Assembly (NCBI GenBank): GCA_035221665.1
Contig: CM069155.1
Span: 19,344,001-19,408,000 of the forward strand
Direction: 5' to 3'
Source: Okamejei kenojei
Taxonomy: Eukaryota
DNA length: 64,000 nt
Below are positions 1-11,138 of this stretch, piece after piece. Under the pieces are notes generated by a model that worked only from the letters and a program-made list of their open reading frames with translations, had not been told where the DNA came from and did no database searches. Each line of letters begins with the position of its first letter. Position 1 is the stretch's first letter. A program made the position numbers and the translations under genes.

Positions 1-434
1 TCCTTGAGTGGCCCAGCCAGAGACCGGACTTGAACCCGATCGAACACCCCTGGAGGGCCCGGAAAATAGCTGTGCATCGACGATCCCCATCCAACCTGAC
101 AAAGCTTGAGAGGATCTGCAGGGAATAATGGGAGATATTACCCAAATACAAGTGCCAAGCTTGTAGCGTCATACCCAAGAAGGCTCGAGGCTGTAATCGC
201 TGCCAAAGGTGCCTCAACAAAGTACTGAGTAAAGGGTGTGAATACTTATGTAAATGTGATATTTCAGTTATTTATTTTTAACTATTTTGAAACCATTTCT
301 AAACACCTGTCTTTTGCTTCTTCATTCTGGGGTATTTTGTGTAGATTGATAATAAAATTAATTTAATCAATTTTAAAATAAGGCTGTAACGTAACAAAAG
401 GTGGAAAAAGTGAAGAATACTTTCTGAATGCACT
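1..434 (+). mobile_element. Tc1/mariner transposon 3' remnant (dead transposase C-terminus + right end)
   Basis: translates [15 protein letters not shown]...ERICRE*W...(frameshift)...YPRRLEAVIAAKGASTKY* (stop 226-228); ends in TIR-like AATACTTTCTGAATGCACT. Confidence 0.9.
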
Positions 435-967
435 ACCCTTAAGACCAAAGTCACTTGCTATATAATTAAGACAATGGTGGACATTCTCTTGAAAGATTCA
501 TAAATAAATACTTGCCCTTTGAATTTTTGGTATTGTAGAATGGGCATTTCACCTACGTGTTCAATAAGTTTTTGTCATTAATTTCCCAATAAATTAGGCC
601 CTAATAAGGACAGACATCTAAATCGGGGAAATGGTGCTGAACATCAGCTTTCACCAGTCACTTAAAACATCAATAATGTTATTTCAAATATATAAGTGCT
701 TGCATTGTATTCATTGATATTAACAGTATTTACTGTTGAATGTCCAATCCCTCTTTCTGTATTGTACATACCAATTTCAGGCAAAGTCAGGCTTTCAAGC
801 AGTTTCAATGAGGTGTCCGCAAAGTGCGATTGCCTCAATGATGGCATTTGGTAGAACTGCTCATGATCTAGCAAGGCAGTTGCCAAGTAAAATGTCCTTT
901 TTTTAAAAAAAACCCAAAAAGTGCTGTTTACTTCTGTTTTTAGTTTTATCACCCACTGCTAATAGGA

Positions 968-1066
968 GGAAGGTAGACAAAAATATTGGAGAAACTCAGT
1001 GGGTGAGGCAGCATTTATGGAGCAAAGCAATAGTTGACGTTTCGGGTCGAGACCCTTCTTCAGACC
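968..1066. mobile_element. Penelope-like terminal fragment
   Basis: same GTAGACAAAA..GGAGAAACTCAG..GCAGCAT..GACGTTTCGGGTCGAGACCCTTCTTCAGAC motif that adjoins the GIY-YIG fragment at 53430-53880. Confidence 0.75.
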
Positions 1067-1519
1067 TTCAATAGTAGGAAAATCATCCTAACACCCAATC
1101 CACCCGGCCCTGTTGCAAATAATGGATTCTGCAGAGTTGGATCATCAAACCATCGGTGGAACAAATATTACATCATCAAGCCTGGATTTAATCAACAATT
1201 TATAATATTAGGATTTATAATTTAGAAGACTGACAAGTATGGAATCATAAGCAGATTTTGCTCATCTCCTGGAAAGTTAACTTTTGGTCGCCTCTTCTCA
1301 AAAATAAAATTAAGATGAAAACATTATTTGAGCAATGAATGCTTAATTTCCAATCTCTTCACTCACCTTTATAAATCTTTAAAAGGAGAGAAAAAGAAAC
1401 AAAAGGATGTAGGTTTTACAAAGTGAACTCTTTTAAGGAGCCTTTAAATTATCTTTATAGTTTGTCTTCAATTCAATGTTATGTACCATTAAAGCAGTAG
1501 AAAAAGTTGCAATATCGTA

Positions 1520-2105
1520 GTCAGTTTTTAAAACTTTTTATTTTTTTGTTTTTTTATGTTTTTTTAATATTATCTACAAAGTAAAAGTTTTTAACTTAAA
1601 AGTTACACCACTGTCTGGTGACAGCACTTTTCTCCAGCAACCTCTATTCATAAATAATCCACCAGTTCACAACCGGATTTTGTTATAAGATGGAATTCAA
1701 GTTTGGTTAGAAGCAGAGGGTTCTGGTTTCCCAAATCAGGATGGCTTGCAGCAGGAACAAACAACTTTATTAGTTCTTTCACCATGAGAAGTTCATAACT
1801 TAGAAGAGTCAGGCAAAATAAATACATTCCAGTTATTGGAAAGCAGATTTTGGGCATTCTGTAGGTCTGTTGACAGGACACATTGATTCCAGAATTTCGG
1901 TAATTCTCATTTCTTTCTCTCCAGTCCACTTCCTCAGAGCAGCAGCCATTGAATCACTTGATAAAAACTGGAAGTTATGTGTGAGCACATTCGTTTAGCA
2001 TGAGAAGATAATTTTAATACGCTGTGCTTCTGGTTCCAGGTTTTAGGGTGGGGAAGGATAAGTGGCTTCAACTGGCCAGCCTGTTGCTTAGTGCAGAGAA
2101 CAGGA
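1520..2105 (-). other. ATXN2: ATXN2 3'UTR
   Basis: follows the stop; distal ~100 nt (AACTTTTAAGTTAA...ACTTTTACTTTGTAGATAAT...AATAAAAAGTTTTAAAAACTGA) resembles the human ATXN2 mRNA 3' end as I recall it. Confidence 0.8.
1537..1542 (-). terminator. polyadenylation signal AATAAA
   Basis: TTTATT on + strand at the end of the conserved UTR block; cleavage predicted near 1520. Confidence 0.8.
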
Positions 2106-2134
2106 CTACAACTGCTGCTGGTGGTGGGCTTGCA
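2106..2134 (-). CDS. ATXN2: ATXN2 last coding exon portion (V)QAHHQQQL*
   Basis: pyrimidine tract + TAG acceptor; TAG stop at 2106-2108; same C-terminus as human. Confidence 0.96.
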
Positions 2135-3089
2135 CTAGGGAGAGATGAAAAGAAAGTTGCAAGTTAATGATTCCTCCATAAACACTGTTAAACAGACATT
2201 TAATTCAAATTGTTGATTTGATTTGATTTGATTTTATTGCTTGTCATTCGAACCTCAGAGAGGCTCGAACGAAACTCCGTTTCTACAAGCCATACAAACA
2301 AACAAACAGAAAAATTCATAGAAAAACATGCAAACAATTAAATTCACACAAACATCCATCACAGTGGATCTCCTCCTCACTGTGATGGAAGGCAAAGTTC
2401 TTCTCTTTCCCCCGCACCATCTCTCACCATTGTTCATTCATTCCCTTCTTCGGTATTGTCAAGGTACAAAGAATACTTCCAATTTCTAAACATAGTTCAA
2501 GCCATGCACATAGAAGGGCTAGGTAAAACTTAAGGACATTGTATCATGCTATGAAAGACCATACAGTGTGATAAAATCAGGGTTCCACCCCAGAGAATTC
2601 AGAAGTTTAGTGACACTCGCTTCTCTCTCGTAGGTGTTACCTTAAAGCTCTTCCTCTACTATTTGATTTTTTCATCCTGGGAATTCCTCCCTATCTATGG
2701 CTCTCTATGCTAAACACCTCTATCATGTCTGCCCACAACCTCTGGCGTCCCTGAGAAAACAGTCCAAATCTGTAAAGGTTACTCTTATAGTCTTAAGCTC
2801 AAGGCATCATTGCAGCAGAATTAGCTAGAGGGGAACGTCTGCTTAACCCCAGTCGTTAAGTGGCGCGAGGAGTAAAATACATTTATAATGCTCAAATAAA
2901 ATCCAACCCTTTTATTTGCAATTAGCATTTTCACCCGCAGCAGTGTGAAGGTTTCAAAATTACTAAAGGTGCAGCAAATTTCCTCGTTTTAATTTGCTGA
3001 CACACCCCATGCTGCAAGTCTGCAGTCAAACCTTTGCTGCAACCTGCTAAAGAACATCAATTGCAACTCCCAGTTGCGTCAATACTCAC

Positions 3090-3261
3090 CTTGTGGGTGT
3101 GCCATGTAAGAGAAGTGTGTAGTTGAGGAAACTGGAATAGGTGGCAGTGCATTCTGAGGAATGGCACCTTGACCACCTGGTGGCTGTGCTGGCATCAGCA
3201 TCATGGGGGGATGGGTAGTGGCAGGGTGATGCGGAGGGCCCATCCCAGACTGTACATGGGT
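3090..3261 (-). CDS. ATXN2: ATXN2 penultimate exon THVQSGMGPP...THFSYMAHPQ (172 nt)
   Basis: CAG/GTGAGT, phase 0-1. Confidence 0.95.
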
Positions 3262-4519
3262 CTGCAGAGAAGAAACGTTCCTTCAATTAAATGATTTGCA
3301 TCAACTCTTGTGCACATCTCAAAACTATACAAAGTAATACAGGCAGTATCAGTTGCATGAAGAGGGAGCTTTCAGCAGAGCAAAACAAAAGTGCTGTGTT
3401 AAAAAGTACTACTGCCATTCATGCATTGCTATTATTTGGTTTTCAAAATGGTACTTTGGTACATCTCTGTGCGCCCTAGCATGAATCGCTTACAAATACC
3501 TGCCTACATTCATAGCTTGATGATAGAGCCATACCGCACGGAAGCAGGCTCATCGTCCCAACCTGTCAATGTCCACAAAGATGCCACATTTAATCTAGTC
3601 CCATTTGCCTGTGTTTGGTCCACATCCCTGTAAACCTTTCCTATTTGTGTACCTATCCAAGTGTCTTGTAAATTCTGTTATACTACCTGCCTCATCTACC
3701 TCCTCTGGCAGCACGATCCATATAGGCACTAAAGAATAAAGTCCTAGCCTGCCCAGCCTCTCCCTATATTATGTGCGAATAAGATAAGATGCTGCCTCAT
3801 CCAGCATCAGACGAGATGTGAATTGTTGTTTTATTTCAGAGAAAAATCTCAAGAACCATTCAGTAACACTGAGAAATACAAAATTCTAAGGCACAGTATT
3901 TTGAAGCTTAATGCAATGCTTGCTCCCAAGAAAACATAAAACAAAAACTTTCTCTGCAAGTATCCTGGGTTCAAATTCACTCAAGTTGCCATTGGAAGCT
4001 TTCCAAAGTAAGTAGAGCATCTCAAGCTTTTAAATTATCCAGAGAATTAGCCATACAGCACGGAAACAGGCCCCTCAACCCAACTCGTCCATGCCAAGCA
4101 AAATATTACAATGGATTTCATCCATGGACTTCTCACTGTACTCAAATTCTCAAGCTCATCCCATTATTATTCTTTTCCAAAATAGATCTTTTATTTGACT
4201 TTACAATCATTAACCTTGCAGCAAACATTGTATTTGGCTTAATCTCAAATTTGGCACATCTTATACAAACATGAAAATGATGAGCTATAAAGCAAGAACA
4301 CTGTCTCACTAACAATCCTCTGAATCCTCTGCCAGCTGATTAAAAATTGCTCTGCCAGTTATTAATAGTTGGAAATTTCTGTTTAAAAAGACAAGCTGGT
4401 TTAATTGTCATATGTACTGAAAATGGAACAATGAAATTCTTACTGGGCAGCAGCACAAAAGATAACAGCATACCCACACACTTTAAGGATAACATGAGCT
4501 CTTAGTTCAGTTCCCTTAC

Positions 4520-4747
4520 CTGAGGTACATGTGCCATATGTGGGGGATTTGAATATCCATGCTGAACCTGTTGAGGATGAAGGGCGTAGACCGTCTGCTG
4601 TGCCGATGGGAAGTTGGTCTGAGGAGACTGTGGATTGGGACCTTGTGCCATAGAGGGTGGAGTTGGTGTCAGAGTTGTGTGATAGATCGCTTGCTGCTGC
4701 TGAGGGTTGCCCAAATGAAGGGTTTGAGGAGCCTGGTGTTGAGGATG
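4520..4747 (-). CDS. ATXN2: ATXN2 exon HPQHQAPQTLHL...HMAHVPQ (228 nt)
   Basis: within ORF 4502..4753; CAG/GTAAGG, phase 0-0. Confidence 0.95.
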
Positions 4748-5846
4748 CTGCATTAAAAAAATCTAATGAAACATTTGATATTCATACAAATTGTTCTTGA
4801 CAATTGGATTACAAAATCAGCATGGCTCTAAAGGTCAGCTCTTATCATCAGTAATACAAAGTTCTGGAACATATAGTAATTACTAAACTGGGAAATGCTA
4901 GAGCAATAAATGCACATTTTATCAGGAACTTATTGCAAAAGACAGTTTTTTAATCTTAGTAATAACCAGTGTCCCTCTCTATCTCTCATTCATACATTTT
5001 TTTTCACAATGCATGGGGGGGGGGGGGGGGGGAGTGGACTTGGACTATTCTGTGGGAACAGATTGCTGAGTGATACAAATCTATTAACATCTCCCCTGCC
5101 CCTTAACCTGTGGGGAATAATCTGGATGATCTATGTTATGCTTCTCTGGACAAATAGGGGCAATGTAAAAAAGAAACAATGAAATAAATGATTTAATACA
5201 AAACCCACTCTCCTACAGTTCATGTAAAAATGCCCTGGTTGTGTGACAATCTTCACATTTGTCTTTCAAATGTTACTATTACACAGCAAAGAGGGAAAAG
5301 GGTTCCAACTCCAAAGCCTTATTGAAAACCCCCAAACTTACCTGATAGGAACAGTGGCAGAGTCATACAGCATGGAAACAGGACCATTGACCCACCGAGT
5401 TTGCATCAATCAACCACCCGTTCACAAAAACACTACTTTATTCCTATTTTTATTCTCCCCGCATTTTCAAAGCCCCACAAATGTTATCATTAACCAAGGA
5501 ACAATGTACAGAGCACAATTGACCTACCAACCCACGCATCGTCAGGATGTGGCAGAAGACGCGCATTGTCATGGAGCGAATATGACAACTCCACAGAGAC
5601 AGCATCTGAGATAACGCAAGTCTCTGGTGCTGAGGGAGCGGCTCTACAAGTTGCACCACCATATTTCTCTTGAACAAGCCATAAAAATAATACACAGCTC
5701 AATCCAATATTTATCAAAATTATTATCAATGCAAGAAATCTTTTAAATCTTCGTTATTTCAGGAATTAAAGTTGGAACAAATGATGACCATAACTTGGAT
5801 TTGGTATTTTATTGTCTACTATGATTGTATAAAACACACTCCTTAC

Positions 5847-5995
5847 CTGGACTGGGCTTTGTGCCGGATGACTGCCCGCATGCTGTCCTTGCTGCTGTCC
5901 AGTAGGAGTGGCAGATTGTTGTGGATGCGGAGGGTGTGGATGTAATGTAGCAGTGGGGTGGGGTGCATACTGCTGATGAATTGGGCCAGGGGAAA
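5847..5995 (-). CDS. ATXN2: ATXN2 exon VSPGPIHQQYAPHPTATLHPH...HPAQSPVQ (149 nt)
   Basis: TAG/GTAAGG, phase 1-0. Confidence 0.95.
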
Positions 5996-8003
5996 CTAGT
6001 GAAAAAGCAAAAAAACCTTACCCAGTTTTCTAATATAAATGTACCTCATTTGTTGGAAAATCAAAACAGCATGCAAAATAGTAATTTTTCCATATATTAA
6101 GAATTTTGTGACATTCACTTTTAATTTAAAAAATTGCTAAATACTTTGAAACTATCAAGCTGTCCAAAGTTTGAAAAGAACAAATTGTCATGATGATTAG
6201 AATATTACAAATAGGTGGGAGGCTAATCAATCCCTCGAGGCTGCTCCACCATTCAAAAGATCACAACCGATCGCTGCTTTATTTCTTTCACCACTCTTTT
6301 CAGTTCCCATGTTCAAATGTCTGTCATTCTCTGTCTTGTATCTATTCAACGACTCCTCATCCACAAATGTCTGGAGCATAGTGTTCCAAACGATTCACAA
6401 CCCTCTGGGAGGAATTCATTACTTCCACTTTAAGCAGAACATTCCTTATTCTGAAAGTGTATCTCCAGTTCTAAATTATCCCAGTGTCAGAAACACACAC
6501 TCAGCATCAACTCTGTCAATTGTCCTCAGAACCCTACACGTTTCGATAAGAGAAAAATTCTCAAATCCTATGAATCCCCAATGACCTTAGGTCTGATTTT
6601 TCTTCATTCTTCAGCAGCTTTGTGAAATGTAACTGCACTCCCTCCAGCTCAAAAATTGAGATTTGAGAGCATCTGCAGCATTCCAGAAGCTATTTCACCA
6701 ACACCCTGTGTAAAAATGCTGTCTAAACTTCCCAACTTTAATACTGCATTCTACTTCTAAATAAAGACCAACATTTTATTAGCCTTCCTACCAGCTTATT
6801 GTATCTGCATGCTAACGCGTTTCATGTACAGGCATCCCCAGATCCCTGTGAAGCTCAGCATTTTGTAGCCTCACTATTTAAACAATTTTCTTTTTCATTC
6901 TTCCTTTCAAAGTGGAGAACAGATTTTCCCACTACTCTGTACTTTCATCAAAAAAAAGGAACGTCTATTTAGTCTATTGAATTAATTCCAATACCAATCA
7001 AGGGTTCCACAAAAAAAGCTGAATTCCAGAGGTGAGATAAGAATGACTGCTTGACATTAAGACAGCATCCATGGTTATATTAAGGAGCCGAGTAAAATTG
7101 AGAGAATAGTGGATAATCTACTGGCCGCAATCACAATAGTGCCAAAGATAACGACCAATCTAGAGGTCATCACATCCTCAGGGTATCACAAAGGATCGAC
7201 GTGTGTTCCATTTGCAGCAATTGTTCATTTGTTCTTTTGTTCATCACCAAAACATTTAAATAAAAGGACATTCACAGCTTCTTGGAAGGCGCTCAATTTC
7301 ATTTAGAAATCTTTAGGAAATGAAACAACCAATGACTGCTTACAGCAAGGGTAGGAAAATAAAATGGCATGAGTTAATAAAAGGAAAGCAAAATGTGCCA
7401 GGCAATAAACATCAGCAACAAGCGCTTAATCAATATCATCCGCACGTGACATTTAATGGTGACATCCCACCACACCTCCATCATCAATTTCCTTTGCTGA
7501 CCAGAAACTTTACAGCATGTGGCTAAGAGAGCTGGTCACTCAAGCAGCATAACTACAGGCTGCAACGACAGAGGGGCTACCAGGGATTTGTCAATCCCAA
7601 TCAAAACAAAAATAAACAATCTCTGCCACACCAAGAACAAAGGCAGCACACACAAGGAGACGCTATGCTCCATAATTCATGCAAATCACCACCCAGGGAT
7701 AACGGTTTCCTGGCCATTATATTCTGGACTATTTGTGGTTGCAGCTAAGAGTTTCCTTTTTCATTCTCTTTGAGTACAAGGTTACTTTGCTCATAATACA
7801 AAGGTGGCAGTAAGATCAGTGGAAAAATGTAAGATTATCAATAATGTTAGAATAAAAGCATTTTATATTTTTTAAATGGTAACAGTCAGTGTATAGACAG
7901 ACCTGGATGTCACTTTACACAAATTAAGAATTAATATGCAGGCTCTGCAAGCAGCTAGAAGCCAAATGCTACGTTGAATACAAGAATCAAGAGGGAGGAC
8001 ATT

Positions 8004-8522
8004 AGAAACATAGAAAAATAGGTGCAGGAGTAGGCCATTCGGCCCTTCGAGCCTGCACCGCCATTCAATATGATCATGGCTGATCATCCAACTCAGTATC
8101 CTGTACCTGCCTTCTCTCCATACCCCCTGATCCCTTTAGCCACAAGAGCCACATCCAACTCCCTCTTGAATATAGCCAATGAACCGGCCTCAACGACCTT
8201 CTGTGGCAGAGAATTCCAGAGACTCACCACTCTCTGTGTAAAGAATGTTTTCCTCATCTCTGTCCTAAAGGAATTCCCCCTTATCCTTAGACTGTGTTCC
8301 CTTGTTCTGGACTCCCCCAACATCGGGAACAATCTTCCTGCATCTAGCTTGTCCAACCCCTTAAGAATTTTGTAAGTTTCTAATAAGATCCCCCCTCAAT
8401 CTTCTAAATTCCAGTGAGTACAAGCCGAGTCTATCCAGTCTTTCTTCATATGAAAGTCCCGACATCCCAGGAATCAGTCTGGTGAATCTTCTCTGAACCC
8501 CCTCTATGGCGAGAATGTCTTT
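8004..8522 (-). mobile_element. young 5'-truncated CR1-type LINE with 23-bp TSD
   Basis: ORF2 C-terminus (TREHSLRIRG..FFTQRVVSLWNSLP) still open; TSD CAAGAATCAAGAGGGAGGACATT at 7981-8003 and 8523-8545. Confidence 0.92.
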
Positions 8523-8655
8523 CAAGAATCAAGAGGGAGGACATTGTTCCATAAACCCACATCATTCTAGTGCCAAAGATCCCTGTGTCATGCAAATATT
8601 GTAGACAACCAATGGTTCCAACTCATTCTTTACAAAACCTGTTGCTTTAACTTAC

Positions 8656-8785
8656 CATACATAGCATGCGTTTGTTCAGCAGTGGGAAACTGAGCAGTGG
8701 ATGAAGGGACCATTCCTGGCTGTCCATGACCAGGTGGTGCCATCATTCGAGCGTTACTTTGCATTACTTGGCTGTACATTTGAGG
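8656..8785 (-). CDS. ATXN2: ATXN2 exon PQMYSQVMQSNARMMAPP...EQTHAMY (130 nt)
   Basis: CAG/GTAAGT, phase 0-1. Confidence 0.95.
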
Positions 8786-9102
8786 CTGCAGGATAAGAAT
8801 ACCATCAGTAGCAAAATAAACAGAGACAAGGTAACAGTTCTTTTACTTTGGGTTCTGCTAATGTCCCGCTTTAATAGTGGACTTCAAGTACTCTAAATCT
8901 CAATAATATACCAAAATACATGCCCTGAAGTAGTCACAACACTGATTTCAAACTGTGGATAAGGCATTCATTTAAGGCTTAAATGCAACAATGTATGCTA
9001 CTCAGTTTTGCCTGAATGCTCTTAAACTGTGTCACTCTCAGTTTAGGAAGAAAAATATTCAAACACTGTCAATTACTCTGAAGCGATAACTTGGCAACTT
9101 AC

Positions 9103-9290
9103 CTGTGACTGATAATGTGCTACTGACTGCACTAAGGGCTGGTTAGCAAACTGCTGCGGGTTGTAAGCGACATATTGCGAATAAGCTGGAGCAGTAGAAA
9201 CAATCTGGCCTGCTGCACTAACTGGATGCATCATTGTCGGCGTGCCTTGAGGGTGGTGCTGGTCTGGCCGCTGCTGCTGCATGGTTGGTA
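9103..9290 (-). CDS. ATXN2: ATXN2 exon VPTMQQQRPDQHH...AHYQSQ (188 nt)
   Basis: within ORF 9073..9318; CAG/GTAAGT, phase 1-0. Confidence 0.95.
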
Positions 9291-10074
9291 CTGAGAAAAG
9301 AGAAATAATAATTAGCAAGAATGCAGTCTTTCTACGACAGTATTAAACAAAACACAAATCACTTTATAGGGATAGGCCAAAGCATTTTAAATGTTCATAC
9401 AATCAAATAATTCTTCCAGCAGTACATTTCCAATAAAAGTACAACAGTAGGTATCTAAATGGAAAAAGGCTCTGAACAACCTGGATCAGAATGAATGGTC
9501 AGATCATTTACTTGCTCCATTTTCTTGCCTTCACTACTTACTCCCTGTGAACACATAGGAATGCTGGACAAATAACTTCAAACTATTTTTAAAGTAAAGG
9601 TAAGATGCTGACAAAGCCTTTTTAACATATCCCATACCAAACAAGTAATTTACAATGGTGCCCTTTATCATGGAAAAATATGTGAGCCATTTTAATCAAT
9701 TCAATAAATTAATCATGCCTTGTTACTTGCACCACTTACCGAGGTAGTAAACGTCTTTGCTGTTCTTTGCTAAATCACAAATTACTCAGCCTGCACTAAT
9801 GGATGTAAATGGTTTGTTTGGGCATCAATGAAAGTACTCTATTCACTTCCATACGTAATATTTCTGCACTTAGTTTAGTCAGCGAACGTTTCAGTTCAAA
9901 TTGAAGAGTTTAGCTGACATTTTCTAACCAACTAGAAGGTTAACTTTCAGAAAAAGGAACTGAAATCATAAGCTGTATTCAACGGATTGTGATGCGTTAG
10001 TACTATAACTTCTTAGAACACAGGATAGAGGTGTAGACCACATGGCACCTTGAGCCTGCTATGCAAATTCAATA

Positions 10075-10490
10075 AGATTCACAGACAGTTTCTTCCCAGC
10101 TGTTATCAGGTAACTGAATCATCCTACCACACCAGAGAGCAGTGCTGAACTACTATCTACCTCCTTGATCACACTTGGACTATCCTTGATTTGACCTTGC
10201 TGGCTTTACCTTGCACTGAATGTTATTCCCTTATCATGTATCTATACACTGTAAATGGATCGACAGACAGGTACATGGATAGGACAGGTTTGGAGGGATA
10301 TTGACCAAGCGCAGGCAGATGGGACTATTGTAGTTGGGATGAAGGGCCTGTTTCCTCACTATCACTATGAAACTCTATGACTCTATGTATTGTCTTTCTG
10401 CTGACTGGTTAGCATGCAACAAAAGCTATTCACTGTATCTCAGTACGCGTGACAATAAACTACACTGCACTGATGAACTAAACTGAACTG
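10075..10490 (+). mobile_element. Rex1/Babar-like LINE 3' end with nested CR1 tail fragment
   Basis: RFTDSFFPAVIR-like end, GACAATAAA + short repeat tail; CR1-type 3' piece at about 10262-10385. Confidence 0.6.
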
Positions 10491-11138
10491 ACAAGGTGCA
10501 GCTCTTTCACTTTAAATCCACATCCTGCCCATGTTGCATATCACTCAATTACTTTTTATGCACAGAAGTCTATTGTTCGTCTAACACCTTTTGGAGTAGC
10601 GATTGTTGAGATTCATAGTCTTCTGTATAAATATTTTTTTTCTGAATTGCAAATGGTCAACCCCTCACCTTGAAACTATCTTCTCTCCTGCCAGGGGAAG
10701 CAACCACTCCGCATATATCTAAACAAGCCCTTTTCAGAATGTTGAACCTTTCTATGAGAACACCTCCAATTCATAGAATATAGGTCCTAGTCTGTTTTCC
10801 CTCTTTGTAAGAGGCTCTCATCCAGGATCGCATACTTCAATATCCCTTTGGATGCATACATAAATAGACAAAAGCCATACTGGAAGACCACAATACTTAA
10901 TGCATTGTTTCACACAAGCATTACTGCAGTATTATTTACACCCAATGAAAACCCATTTTGTAACAAGGAGAATATGCACACAGCGCCCACGGTCAGCATT
11001 GAACCTCGGTTCCAGGTGCTCCGAGGCAGCAGCGGTCATCTTTTGACCAAGCTCTACACTTTAGCCATGATTGGACCACTTTTTCCATACAGAGAGTGTG
11101 CTTATAAAGGGACTGTGCATAATGAGATTTATAAATTA

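Noticed and set aside
6016-6024. GTAAG donor-like motif ~25-30 nt upstream of an acceptor (also at about 18108-18114)
   Set aside because: the implied introns would be too short to splice
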